Assembly (NCBI GenBank): GCA_963695545.1 | Contig: OY968796.1 | Location: 480,001 to 544,000 of the forward strand | Source: Terriglobia bacterium | GTDB taxonomy: Bacteria > Acidobacteriota > Terriglobia > Acidiferrales > UBA7541 | DNA length: 64,000 nt | Direction: 5' to 3' | Part shown: piece after piece, positions 19,569-29,185 of the stretch | How the letters are laid out: every line of letters starts with the position of its first letter | How positions within the stretch are numbered: position 1 is the stretch's first letter | The notes under the pieces: model-generated | What the model saw: the letters and a program-made list of their open reading frames with translations, nothing else | The model's database searches: none | Told to the model about the DNA's origin: nothing | Program-made: the position numbers and the translations under genes

Positions 19569-20042
19569 ATGATTGCGTTGGCCCATACAGATGTCGGTGT
19601 CGAGAGAGAGACTCAGCTTGACGAGCGGGTTGAGAAGCAGTTCCCCGAGTACGTCCGCGAACAGGCTGACTCCGGCGAGATTGATTCCCGTTTTGGCGCT
19701 CAGGCCGCAGCACACGATCTGCAGCAGCGCGCACGGAAAGACGCGCAGTCCGAAAACAGGGCTCGGCGCTGGATGTGGGGTTTTCTGTTCGCGCTCGGAG
19801 CGCTGCAAATCTATTACGTACAGGCCATGCTGGCGGCGCTGTTTCTATTCACGCTGGCGTTCGCGGTTTTCGCGGTGATCGCGCTGGCGTTCTACGCGGC
19901 GAATCGCGTAAGCCAAGCGACTCTGGTTCAGGTGAGACCGATTGTGCGTGTGGCGGAGCGCGGGGGACGGCGCACTTTGGAGCTGATGGAACACGTCAGT
20001 AGAAAGACATTCCGCCGTCCACATTCAGAGACTGCCCAGTAA
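19569..20042 (+). CDS. Hypothetical membrane protein (start uncertain); 3' end overlaps the convergent SDR
   Basis: Two hydrophobic segments (WMWGFLFALGALQIYYVQAMLAALFLF…); fills an otherwise empty gap. Confidence 0.55.
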   Translation: MIALAHTDVGVERETQLDERVEKQFPEYVREQADSGEIDSRFGAQAAAHDLQQRARKDAQSENRARRWMWGFLFALGALQIYYVQAMLAALFLFTLAFAVFAVIALAFYAANRVSQATLVQVRPIVRVAERGGRRTLELMEHVSRKTFRRPHSETAQ

Positions 20043-20805
20043 TCGCGCTGGCTTGGTCTGACGCGAGAAAAAGCGCAGCCGCGGCAATTTCGGCGGCGGT
20101 TTGACCGCGGCCCTGCAATACGTTTTCAAGGAAACCCTTCAGTTCTTCGTCCGCCGAGACGCCCATGCGCAGCGCGAGTTTTTCGCCCAGCTCTTTCGAC
20201 ATCTGCGTTTCCGTCACCGGCCCAGGACAGATCGCGTTTACGCGCACTCCTTTGCGCGCCGATTCGGCGGCGGTTACGCGCGTCAATCCGAGCATTCCGG
20301 CCTTAGCCGCCGCGTACGGCGAGCCCCAGGAGAACGCAGCCTTGGCCGAAAGGCTGGAAATGTTCACGATCGCGCCCGCGCCGCGCGCGTACATTCCCGG
20401 CAGAACCAAACGCGTGAGCAAAAACGCGCCGCGCAAATGTACCGCGATCACGCGATCCCACTCGGCCGGCGAGATTTCTTCGATGGGTTTGACCGGGCCG
20501 TAATCGCCGGCGTTGTTCACGAGGATCGAAACTGGCCCGAGTTCGCTTTCCGCCGCATCTACAATCCGCGCGCAATCGCTTTCGCCCGCAACATCCGCTG
20601 CCACCCACGCGGCGCGGCCGCCTGCGGCCACAATTTCATGAGCCACATGCTCCACCTGTGCCGCCGTGCGCGCCGCGACCAGCACGCCCGCGCCCTCCGA
20701 GGCAAGGCGCAGCGCGATCGCGCGGCCAATGCCCCGTCCGCCGCCGGTCACAATCGCGGTTTTTCCTTCTAAGTAGCGCTCTCCATGCAGACCTGGAACT
20801 CGCAT
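19996..20805 (-). CDS. Short-chain dehydrogenase/reductase
   Basis: TGGGRGIG, LVNNAG, YAAAK, VNAICPG, ITGQSLNVDGG. Confidence 0.92.
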   Translation of the reverse strand: MRVPGLHGERYLEGKTAIVTGGGRGIGRAIALRLASEGAGVLVAARTAAQVEHVAHEIVAAGGRAAWVAADVAGESDCARIVDAAESELGPVSILVNNAGDYGPVKPIEEISPAEWDRVIAVHLRGAFLLTRLVLPGMYARGAGAIVNISSLSAKAAFSWGSPYAAAKAGMLGLTRVTAAESARKGVRVNAICPGPVTETQMSKELGEKLALRMGVSADEELKGFLENVLQGRGQTAAEIAAAALFLASDQASAITGQSLNVDGGMSFY

Positions 20806-20900
20806 GCAATCCCCCGGGGCAGAATAGCATCCAAAATAGTAACAGCAAGTGGCGGGATTCTTGGATTTTAGGGTATCATTGCCGTTTTGGCGGAGAACCG

Positions 20901-21881
20901 ATGACCGAGGCGTCGCCGAAGTCCCAGTCCGGGAAGATCCTGCTTCGTGTGCGTCCGCGTGGCTTCTGCGCGGGCGTGGTGCGCGCGGTGGATATCGTCG
21001 AGCTGGCGCTCGAAGCCTACGGGCCGCCGGTGTACGTCCACCACGAAATTGTGCACAACCGCTACGTCGTGGAGCAATTGCGCAAGGGCGGCGCGATTTT
21101 CGTTGAAGCCGTCGAGGACGTGCCGCGGGGCGCGGTTCTGGTGTTTAGCGCGCACGGTGTGCCGCCGGCGGTTCGCGCCGAGGCCCAAGCACGCCAGCTG
21201 CGCGTGATCGACGCAACGTGTCCGCTGGTCACCAAGGTGCATCTTGAAGCGCTGAAATTCGCGCGCGATGGCCGCACCATCATTCTGATCGGCCACAAAG
21301 ACCACCAGGAAATCGTGGGCACTTCCGGCGAGGCGCCGGAGCAGACGGTCGTGGTGGACAGCGTCGAAGCCGTCGACCGGCTTGAGATCGAGGACGCGTC
21401 GCGCCTGGCATTTTTAACCCAAACAACTTTGAGTCTCTACGACACGCAAGAAATCGTTGCGCGGCTGCGGCAGCGATTTCCGCAGATTCTCGGTCCCGCG
21501 TCGGACGACATTTGTTACGCCACACAGAATCGCCAGGAAGCCGTGGAGCACATGGCGAAGGAAATGGAATTGATCCTGGTGGTCGGTTCACCAAACAGCT
21601 CGAACTCCAACCGCTTGGTCGAAGTGGCCGAGCGCGCCGGCGTTCCCGCGCGTCTGATTGACGACGCGGCGGGCATTCGCACCGAGTGGCTCGACGGAAT
21701 CACGCGGGTTGGCTTGACGGCGGGAGCGTCTGCGCCCGAAGTGCTCGTCGAGGAAGTGAGCCGGCGCCTTGAATCGTTCGGATTCACCGACCAGCGGGAC
21801 ATCGACCTGATCCGGGAAGATGTGCGCTTTACGCTGCCGCCGGAGCTGACGGTCATCGCGCCGCTTTCGAAGCAAACGTAA
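20901..21881 (+). CDS. ispH: 4-hydroxy-3-methylbut-2-enyl diphosphate reductase
   Basis: GFCAGVVRA, IVHN, FSAHGV, DATCPLVTKVH, QTTLS, ICYATQNRQ, NSSNS, TAGASAP. Confidence 0.96.
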   Translation: MTEASPKSQSGKILLRVRPRGFCAGVVRAVDIVELALEAYGPPVYVHHEIVHNRYVVEQLRKGGAIFVEAVEDVPRGAVLVFSAHGVPPAVRAEAQARQLRVIDATCPLVTKVHLEALKFARDGRTIILIGHKDHQEIVGTSGEAPEQTVVVDSVEAVDRLEIEDASRLAFLTQTTLSLYDTQEIVARLRQRFPQILGPASDDICYATQNRQEAVEHMAKEMELILVVGSPNSSNSNRLVEVAERAGVPARLIDDAAGIRTEWLDGITRVGLTAGASAPEVLVEEVSRRLESFGFTDQRDIDLIREDVRFTLPPELTVIAPLSKQT

Positions 21882-21951
21882 CGACCCGGCGCGCGCGGGG
21901 CCGGGGATTTCCCAAGCACCGCGGTTTCCCACAAGTTTAAGGAGCACTCAT

Positions 21952-23100
21952 TTGGCGGTCCGAATCGTCCGTCAGCCGAAGAAGATTGTCCTGCTGGGCG
22001 CGCCCACCAGCGCGGCGGCGCTTTCCGCGGGCCACGAGCGCGCGCCGGCGGCGTTGCGCGCGGCGGGACTCGTCGCGCGACTCGAAGCCGCGGGCTTTGA
22101 AGTGGTGGACGCGGGCGACGTCGCGACGCGCGTCTACCGGGTGGACGACGAGCATCCGCGCGCGCGTAATTTTCCCGCTGTCCTGGATGTGCTGCACGAT
22201 TTGCGGCCGCGCGTGGAGATGGCCATCAAATCGGGCGCGCTGCCGCTGGTGATTGGCGGCGATTGCATCGTGGTGCTCGCGATTCTGGCGGGCGCGCGGC
22301 GCTACTACCGAAGCATCGGCTTGGTGTACATGGATTCCGACGCGGACCTAAATACTCCGGCCACATCGGCATCGGGCAGCGTCGACGGCATGGTGATCTC
22401 GCACATCGTCGGACGCGGCGCGGCGGAAATGGTGCGCTTCTGGGGCGAGCCGCCGCTGGTGCGCGAACCGGACATCCTGCTGTTCGGCGTGAATCGCATG
22501 GACGCGAGCGAGGAGCAATACCTGGCGCGCTCGCCCATGCCGCGCTACCTCGCGGCCGATATCTCGAAGCGCGGCGGCGCAGCAGCCGCCGAAGAAGCCG
22601 CGCAACGCGCGCACGCGGGACAACGCGAATTTATTTTGCACTTCGACGTGGACGTGATCTCTGGGCGCGAATTCCCGGCCACGAATTATCCCGCGCTCGG
22701 CGCGATCTCGCTGGCCGACGCGCGGCAGGCGCTCGCGGTTTTCGCGAAGCAACCGCATCTCGCCGGAATCAACGTGTGCGCGTATAACCCTGAGCTCGAT
22801 CCGGACGGAACGTACGGGAAACTTGTGATTGATTTGATCGTTGAGGCGCTCGAACAGCGGATCGCGCCGCCAGCCGAACCCGTTCCGGCAACGGAGACGC
22901 AGGCAGCGTCGGAATTGGCGCAGCCTGCGGAGCACCTTTCGGAGGCGCCGGCGGTTTCCGCAATCGGCGCCGCAGCCGAAGCGTCCGAGGCGGCTACCGA
23001 GACGCCATCTGCGGAAACGAGCGAGGCCACGGCGGCCAACCTATCTCCGGACGCATCACCTGATCCCGAGCCCGCGAACCCCGAAACCTCGATCCCTTAA
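21952..23100 (+). CDS. Arginase/ureohydrolase-family protein with non-canonical metal ligands and an acidic low-complexity tail
   Basis: AAGGAG RBS + TTG; GGDC, MDSDADLNTP, HFDVDV, YNPELD. Confidence 0.8.
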   Translation: MAVRIVRQPKKIVLLGAPTSAAALSAGHERAPAALRAAGLVARLEAAGFEVVDAGDVATRVYRVDDEHPRARNFPAVLDVLHDLRPRVEMAIKSGALPLVIGGDCIVVLAILAGARRYYRSIGLVYMDSDADLNTPATSASGSVDGMVISHIVGRGAAEMVRFWGEPPLVREPDILLFGVNRMDASEEQYLARSPMPRYLAADISKRGGAAAAEEAAQRAHAGQREFILHFDVDVISGREFPATNYPALGAISLADARQALAVFAKQPHLAGINVCAYNPELDPDGTYGKLVIDLIVEALEQRIAPPAEPVPATETQAASELAQPAEHLSEAPAVSAIGAAAEASEAATETPSAETSEATAANLSPDASPDPEPANPETSIP

Positions 23101-23124
23101 ACTTTCCGCCCGGCAGCTAAGCGC

Positions 23125-26100
23125 TCAGAACGAAAATACCATCTGCAAATCGATCCGCCGGTCAGACGAATTTGATCCGTATATCCCTCCCGACGCGGAG
23201 TTCGACTCATACAATGTATTGTTCTTGACGTTGCCCGTCAGCGCGCCGCCGCTGAAGATCGGAGAGCCCACCTCTCCGCTCGGAGAGCCGAGATTCGCGA
23301 TATTGAAAAGGTTTCGTATGTTGGCGCTGAACGTCAGGTTGTAACGTTTGGCGGACGCGGCGCCTCCGCCAAATCCACCGCCCCCGCGCCCGCCGCCACC
23401 ACCACCCCCGCCGCCACGCCCACCCCCGCCACCGCCACCGCCAGGCCCGCCGCCCGGGCCTCCGCCGAAGCCGCCGCCCCCCGGGCCGCCTGGGCCGCCA
23501 CCCCGCTGCGCGTTCGCCGAGGGATTTCCGGCCTCATTGCCGAAGCTGAAAGTCTTGCTGATGCGCAAATTGAAGGTGAATTGGCCCGGCCCGGTGCCGT
23601 CGTTGATCGGAAGAATGGCCTCGCCGGCAATCGGGTCGGTATCCAAGTATCCGAACTGCGGCGTGTCGATCACGCTGGGCCGCGAGATGTTCGCGCCGGT
23701 GGCTATTCCCGGCCGATCGTTGAATTGGGAATCGCCGAGCAGGTCCTGGCCGACGCTGATGTTGAACGGCGAACCAGAACTCGCCACGATCAAGGGATTC
23801 AGCCTGAATCCTTTTGGCAGCGTGATGTTGCCGCCGAAGAACACACGATTGCGAACATCAAACGAGGCCCGGCCGTAATCGGCCAGCAAATCGTATGGAT
23901 TCGACGGGAAGCTGCCGACTCCACTCGCGTCCGCGTCGGCGTAATTCAGCGTGTAGTAACCGAATACCGACACTTTCGTTCCCAATTTATAGTTCAAATT
24001 CAGAATAAGCTGATTCTGATGGAAGATTCCCTCTGACTGGAATTGGTCGAGGTTGTCGTCTCCGTATGTCGCGCTCAGCGGGCGAACGCCGGGATCGGCG
24101 GTGGGGTTGGCCGGATTGTACGTACCGGGCAAAGGCGCGTTGACGTCGTCGGTGAGGAACTGATGCAGCCCGTGCGAATTGATGTATGTGGCGGAAAGTG
24201 TCGCGCTCTTGGTCAATTGCCGTTCGATGCTGCCGCCCAGTTCCATCTGGTACGGCGCGCGCAGGGTCGGCGAGACTTGATAAATCGTCGCCGACGTCAG
24301 GCCGCCTCCACCCAGCGAACTGGCCGGAGGAGCGTCAGTCGGGAAAAAACCAGGATCGGTGACGGAGTACTGTTGCTGCGTCGTGCCGTTAAACCGGTCG
24401 GCATCGAGAGTATTTGAATAATTGAAACGTGAATAAAAGATGCCGTATCCGGCGCGCAGCACGGTCTTGGGCCCGCCCCTCGCGTGGCCCACACCCCACG
24501 AGAGACTCAGACGCGGCGCCCAATCGTTGTGGTCGGAAATATTCGTTTGCGTTTCATAGCGCAAACCGTAACTGAGTGTGACGGCGGGCGTGATGCGCCA
24601 ATCGTCTTCGGCATACAAACCCATGGCAAATTCCTTCACGTGAGTACTCGGCATGCCCGCGGTGACGGAGTACTGGCTGGCTCCGCCGCCGGCCGCGACG
24701 ATGGCCGCGTCCGACAAGCCGGCGTACGCGCCCCTCAAGTAGGTCTGATAGGCATTAATGGAAGGAAACTGAAATGTGCCGTTGAATCCGGAAGTCGAGG
24801 TGTTCGTGTCGGCGTAGGTGTCCAGGCGCGCGCCGAACCTCACGGTGTTCTTGGACAGCGTGACCTGCGTGAAGCTATCCAGCTCATTGTGCGTCGAGTG
24901 GTCCGCTTCGGTGCCGATCGGATTGCCGCCGCCCGTGAAATCCCCCGGCACCTGAATTTCGGCCGTGGTGTTCTGCGCGGCGTTCGCATCCTTGTCGTTG
25001 TTGAATTGAAATCGCGTTTCCATCAGAACCTTCGTGCCGAAGGTCTGATCGTCGGTCACCTGGACGGTGTTCTCCGTCTCCGACTCGTTATAAGCCTGCG
25101 AGAACAGTCTGGATTGCCCCACGCCCTCATCGGTATTTCCACTGTGAGTAAATTGATATCGAATCGTAATCGTGTTCGTGTTGGTGAGCTGGAAATCAAA
25201 TCGCGGGCTGACTGTCGTGCGCGTCAGCGGATTAAGCGGCGTGCCCTGCGTGGGTTCAATGGCAAACGTCGGAGCGGGTCCCACCGTCTCGAGCGCGTCG
25301 ATCACCGAGGCTTGATTGATGTCTCGTTGCTCGACTTGGATGAAATAAGACGCCTTCTTGTTCAAGGGGCCGCTGACGTCGCCGCTAAACTGAACGGTGT
25401 GGTAATTCGGGGGCACGTCGGGAGTGCACCCGTAATCGTTCCCGGTCCGGCAGATGAACGGAGTGAGCGTGTTGAACGCCGAATCGTTTCCGATCACGAA
25501 AAAATCCCCGTGCAGCTTATCCGTGCCGGGCTTGGTGAGGATCTGGATCCGGCCATAGCCCATATCGGGGTATTCGGCCGAGAACGGATTCTGATTGATG
25601 ATAATTTCGCGGATGGAGGATTTCGGCGGAAGCTGCCCGGCCTGGAATCCATCGATGTACATCTGGCCGCCATTCGGTCCAGCCGAAGGGCCGGCCAAGG
25701 CCTGAAGTTCGTCCTGTAACTCGTCCGGGTCGTCCGATAGCGCTTGCAAGTCCTTGCCCTGAATGACCACCGCGCTGGCATTTTCTTCGGGATTTACGGC
25801 CACCGACACGGCCTGCCCCGACACCTGTACGGATTGTGTCTCGGCGGCTACTGCCAGCTTGGCATTCACGGTTTGAATCTGGCCCGCGGAAATCTGCACA
25901 TTATCTTGCTCAAATACGGCGAAGCCATCCGCGTTGACCGTCAGCGTGTAGGAGCCGGGCGCCAGTCCCTTGATCTCGAAAGCTCCCAGTTGCGAGGTCT
26001 TCGACGTAGTGAATTGCCCCGAAGCCGACATCATCACTACGGCGGCTTGCCCCACCGCCGCGCCGGAAGGATCGGTCACTGTGCCGCGCAGCGTGCCGGG

Positions 26101-26247
26101 ATTTGCCGGCGCGCTTGGCGTGCTCTGCGCGACTTGCGCGCTCGGTGCGCCGGCGGCGCTCTGCGCGTTCGCCGCCTGGACGCCGAATGCGACGGCGCAA
26201 AATGCCGTCAATAAAATTGCGAGAATACGAACCGGACCAAATTTCAT
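23125..26247 (-). CDS. TonB-dependent receptor-like outer-membrane protein with carboxypeptidase-regulatory-like N-domain
   Basis: Signal peptide, LRGTVTDPSGA, NPFSAEY, YAEDDWR…LSYGLRYE, APRLS, C-terminal F; Gly-rich loop. Confidence 0.85.
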   Translation of the reverse strand: MKFGPVRILAILLTAFCAVAFGVQAANAQSAAGAPSAQVAQSTPSAPANPGTLRGTVTDPSGAAVGQAAVVMMSASGQFTTSKTSQLGAFEIKGLAPGSYTLTVNADGFAVFEQDNVQISAGQIQTVNAKLAVAAETQSVQVSGQAVSVAVNPEENASAVVIQGKDLQALSDDPDELQDELQALAGPSAGPNGGQMYIDGFQAGQLPPKSSIREIIINQNPFSAEYPDMGYGRIQILTKPGTDKLHGDFFVIGNDSAFNTLTPFICRTGNDYGCTPDVPPNYHTVQFSGDVSGPLNKKASYFIQVEQRDINQASVIDALETVGPAPTFAIEPTQGTPLNPLTRTTVSPRFDFQLTNTNTITIRYQFTHSGNTDEGVGQSRLFSQAYNESETENTVQVTDDQTFGTKVLMETRFQFNNDKDANAAQNTTAEIQVPGDFTGGGNPIGTEADHSTHNELDSFTQVTLSKNTVRFGARLDTYADTNTSTSGFNGTFQFPSINAYQTYLRGAYAGLSDAAIVAAGGGASQYSVTAGMPSTHVKEFAMGLYAEDDWRITPAVTLSYGLRYETQTNISDHNDWAPRLSLSWGVGHARGGPKTVLRAGYGIFYSRFNYSNTLDADRFNGTTQQQYSVTDPGFFPTDAPPASSLGGGGLTSATIYQVSPTLRAPYQMELGGSIERQLTKSATLSATYINSHGLHQFLTDDVNAPLPGTYNPANPTADPGVRPLSATYGDDNLDQFQSEGIFHQNQLILNLNYKLGTKVSVFGYYTLNYADADASGVGSFPSNPYDLLADYGRASFDVRNRVFFGGNITLPKGFRLNPLIVASSGSPFNISVGQDLLGDSQFNDRPGIATGANISRPSVIDTPQFGYLDTDPIAGEAILPINDGTGPGQFTFNLRISKTFSFGNEAGNPSANAQRGGGPGGPGGGGFGGGPGGGPGGGGGGGGRGGGGGGGGGRGGGGFGGGAASAKRYNLTFSANIRNLFNIANLGSPSGEVGSPIFSGGALTGNVKNNTLYESNSASGGIYGSNSSDRRIDLQMVFSF

Positions 26248-26364
26248 CCCATCTCCTTAATCTCGTTAATCTCGAAATCTGCCGTCCGCCCCAAAAAGCA
26301 GACTGGAATACACAACAACGCGCGATCACGCCGGTCGGGAAAAATTCTTTGATAAGCTGGCCGG

Positions 26365-27639
26365 CTATTCGCCGCCTTCCGCATCGGAAGGACCACCAAT
26401 CGTCCACGGGGACAAAAGCACTTGGCTCGCCTGGTTTGGTGACGCTTCCAGAATCGGCTCGACGCCGCCCAACAGCGTGATCGCCGTGACTCCGGCGCTA
26501 GCCGTGCCTTCGGTCGAAACGATCATCACGGCATCGCCCTTCTGAAAATCGGCCAGAGTTGACGCGGGCAGACGCGCCAGCATCTGCTGCAGGTCCGCGC
26601 CGCCGCCCCCTCCGCCGCCTGCGCCACCACCCGGACGCGATCCGCCGCCGGCGTCACCTGCTCCGCCGTTAGCCGGTGGGCCACCGGCCTGCGGCGCGCC
26701 TCCACCGGATGCACCGCCGCCCGCCGCGCCCCCAGCCGGAGCGCCCTTCAACCGCGCGGCGATTCTTTGCGCCATGAATGGCGCGAGCCGGCGAACCTGC
26801 GAATCACTTGAAATGTTGACCAGCACGGGTTTCTTCGTTGCGAGATCCATTACGATCAGCGTGCCTGCCGTGGGATCGATCGAAGAGATCGTGCCGGATA
26901 TGTTGCGAAACCCGCCCGAGACAATCTCGTCGGCGGAGAACGACGTGCCATCCGCGCCCATTGTCCCGCGCGCGCGCGCCTGATCGCCCGGCTTAATCTG
27001 ATCGAGCGTGCTGCGCTGCGCGTCCTCGAACTTCACAGACTGCGGCGCATATCGCCGTATGATCGTGCTCGCCGTCGTCTGAATCGTGATCGTCTTCTTA
27101 ACGCCGGCGACGGATTGCGTGATCACCACGCTTCCTTGCGTCGGGTCTACCGCGCTGACCAACCCGCCGATACCGTTCTTCTGCCAATCTTCGCGCTGCT
27201 GTTCTTGCGTCTGCTCGACGTCGGCGTGCTTCATGATCACTGCGGTTGAGGCCACTACCGTCTGACCGTCGCCTCCCAGTTTTCCTCCGACCAGCAGCCG
27301 GTCGCCCACTTGGATATCCTGCACTTGCGCGGGCGTCGCGCTCTTCAGATCTTTTTGGCCCGGTTCAATGCGCACGATTCGTGTCGTGTCCTGAATCTGG
27401 ATGGTAATTTGGGCGCCCGCGTCGGTCGTCAGCGAGACGGAGGTTCCCGTCGCGGTTGTGGCTCCAACGGCTTTCACCGTGCCCACCTGCCGTATGATCG
27501 CGCTCGGCGCGGCCGTGCTCTGCGCGGCCGGAGGCGCGGCCTGTTGCGCGCGCGCCGAAACTGTGAGCGCAAAGGTGAAAACGATCAGGGCGCCAAAAAC
27601 GACTACCGTTCGGGCCCCAGTCTTCTGCATCAATTCCAT
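26365..27639 (-). CDS. Exported hypothetical protein with repeated OB-fold-like (DUF5666-like) domains and a Gly-rich insert
   Basis: GAGGAG RBS, signal peptide, three G-x-V-x-A-V…(I/L)x(V/P)GD segments; upstream of the receptor on the same strand. Confidence 0.7.
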   Translation of the reverse strand: MELMQKTGARTVVVFGALIVFTFALTVSARAQQAAPPAAQSTAAPSAIIRQVGTVKAVGATTATGTSVSLTTDAGAQITIQIQDTTRIVRIEPGQKDLKSATPAQVQDIQVGDRLLVGGKLGGDGQTVVASTAVIMKHADVEQTQEQQREDWQKNGIGGLVSAVDPTQGSVVITQSVAGVKKTITIQTTASTIIRRYAPQSVKFEDAQRSTLDQIKPGDQARARGTMGADGTSFSADEIVSGGFRNISGTISSIDPTAGTLIVMDLATKKPVLVNISSDSQVRRLAPFMAQRIAARLKGAPAGGAAGGGASGGGAPQAGGPPANGGAGDAGGGSRPGGGAGGGGGGGADLQQMLARLPASTLADFQKGDAVMIVSTEGTASAGVTAITLLGGVEPILEASPNQASQVLLSPWTIGGPSDAEGGE

Positions 27640-27940
27640 CGATTGCTCCTCGCGCATCCCCTGATTGTGCTCGGCCCGGAATCTTGTCTTTGTATTGGAC
27701 GCTGAAAGGCACCCGTTATGTTACAAGGCTTTTTGAGGAATGTCCGATTCAAAACGCTCGATATAGACCACAACCGCGTGGCGACAACTATATACGCGTT
27801 CAGCATTTTACGGCGCGATCTAGTTCCTAAATTCGGCCCTCAGCTGACCTCGTGGATGACGAGCGCGGTTCCGCTTTCGCGCTTGCACGTACGCCACGGT
27901 CATCGTACCGTCCATCGTCGGAGATCTATCCCCCGCACCC

Positions 27941-29185
27941 ATGCGCATCCCCGTCGAATCCGGAATGGCTGGCCGATGGCGGATCGCGACCGTGGTCACC
28001 GCCGCGATTGCGATCAGCTACTTCGACCGGCAGACGCTTTCCATCGCCGTCCTCGCGATGCAGCGCGACATTCACATTTCCGACTCGCAATTCTCCGAGC
28101 TTCAGGCCGCATTTCTTCTGGCCTACGCGTTCATGTACGCGGGCGGCGGAAGACTTCTCGATGCCCTCGGCACGCGCCGCGGATTCGCCGCGATCATGGC
28201 CTGGTGGTCGATTGCCTGCGCGAGCCAGGGCCTTGCGTGGAGCGTGCCCGTGCTCGGAGCCGGACGTTTTCTGCTGGGAATCGGCGAAGGCGGCGGATTT
28301 CCTGCCGCGACGAAAGTCGTCCGCGAGCAATTCTCGAGCGCCGAGCGCGCCACCGCCATGGGCCTGATCAATGCGGGCACCGCGGTCGGCGCGATTTTGG
28401 CGCCGCCCGTTGTTGCCGCCGTGATCTTGTGGGCCGGATGGAGATGGGCGTTCGCTCTCTCCGGCGCGCTCGGCATGCTCTGGACGCTATGGTGGCTCGC
28501 TGAGTCAAAATCTCCACGCCCCGCGGAAGCAGTCGCGCTCAGCGCGCCCGAGCCAGAAAAAGTGCAGTGGCTGCGTCTCGCGTCGCTGCGGCCCGTGCAA
28601 GGCTTGGTGATCGCGAAATTTCTGAGCGATGCCGCGTGGTACTTCTATCTTTTCTGGCTGCCAAAATATCTTTACGACGTGCGCGGCTTCGACACCAAGC
28701 ACGTCGGCTACTGGGCGTGGATTCCGTACGCGGCGTCAGGCCTCGGAAGTCTCGGAGGCGGAATGCTCTCGAGTGCCCTTGTGCGCCGCGGCGTCACGCT
28801 CGATCTCTCGCGCAAAATCGCGCTCGGCGCGAGCGCAGCGCTGATGCCCGTGATTCTGCTGGTGAGCCGCGCGCCGGTCGAAGCCGCGATCCTGATTTTC
28901 AGCGTGGCGTTCCTTGGCCAGCAATCCTGGTCGGCGCTGGTGATGACGATTCCGGCGGATTTGTTTCCCGCCAGCGTTGTCGGCTCGGTCGCCGGCATGG
29001 TCGGTTTCGGCGGAGCCATCGGCGGCGTGATCTTTAATTTGGTCGCCGGGCATTTGCTTTCCGCGGGTTTCGGTTATTCTACGATCTTTGCGATCGTCAG
29101 CACGTTCCACGTCACGGCCTTCGGCGTGATTCTGCTGACGAATCGCCGCATCGGCCCGATCTCACTGGCCCAAGGAGCAGCATGA
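27941..29185 (+). CDS. MFS transporter, ExuT/ACS-like sugar-acid permease
   Basis: ISYFDRQTLSI, GRLLDALGTRRG, RFLLGIGEGGGFP, FYLFWLPKYL. Confidence 0.88.
   Translation: MRIPVESGMAGRWRIATVVTAAIAISYFDRQTLSIAVLAMQRDIHISDSQFSELQAAFLLAYAFMYAGGGRLLDALGTRRGFAAIMAWWSIACASQGLAWSVPVLGAGRFLLGIGEGGGFPAATKVVREQFSSAERATAMGLINAGTAVGAILAPPVVAAVILWAGWRWAFALSGALGMLWTLWWLAESKSPRPAEAVALSAPEPEKVQWLRLASLRPVQGLVIAKFLSDAAWYFYLFWLPKYLYDVRGFDTKHVGYWAWIPYAASGLGSLGGGMLSSALVRRGVTLDLSRKIALGASAALMPVILLVSRAPVEAAILIFSVAFLGQQSWSALVMTIPADLFPASVVGSVAGMVGFGGAIGGVIFNLVAGHLLSAGFGYSTIFAIVSTFHVTAFGVILLTNRRIGPISLAQGAA

Noticed and set aside
27698..27725. ECF-sigma promoter TGTAAC…CGTC upstream of the receptor pair
   Set aside because: The 18-nt spacer is longer than typical; not enough support
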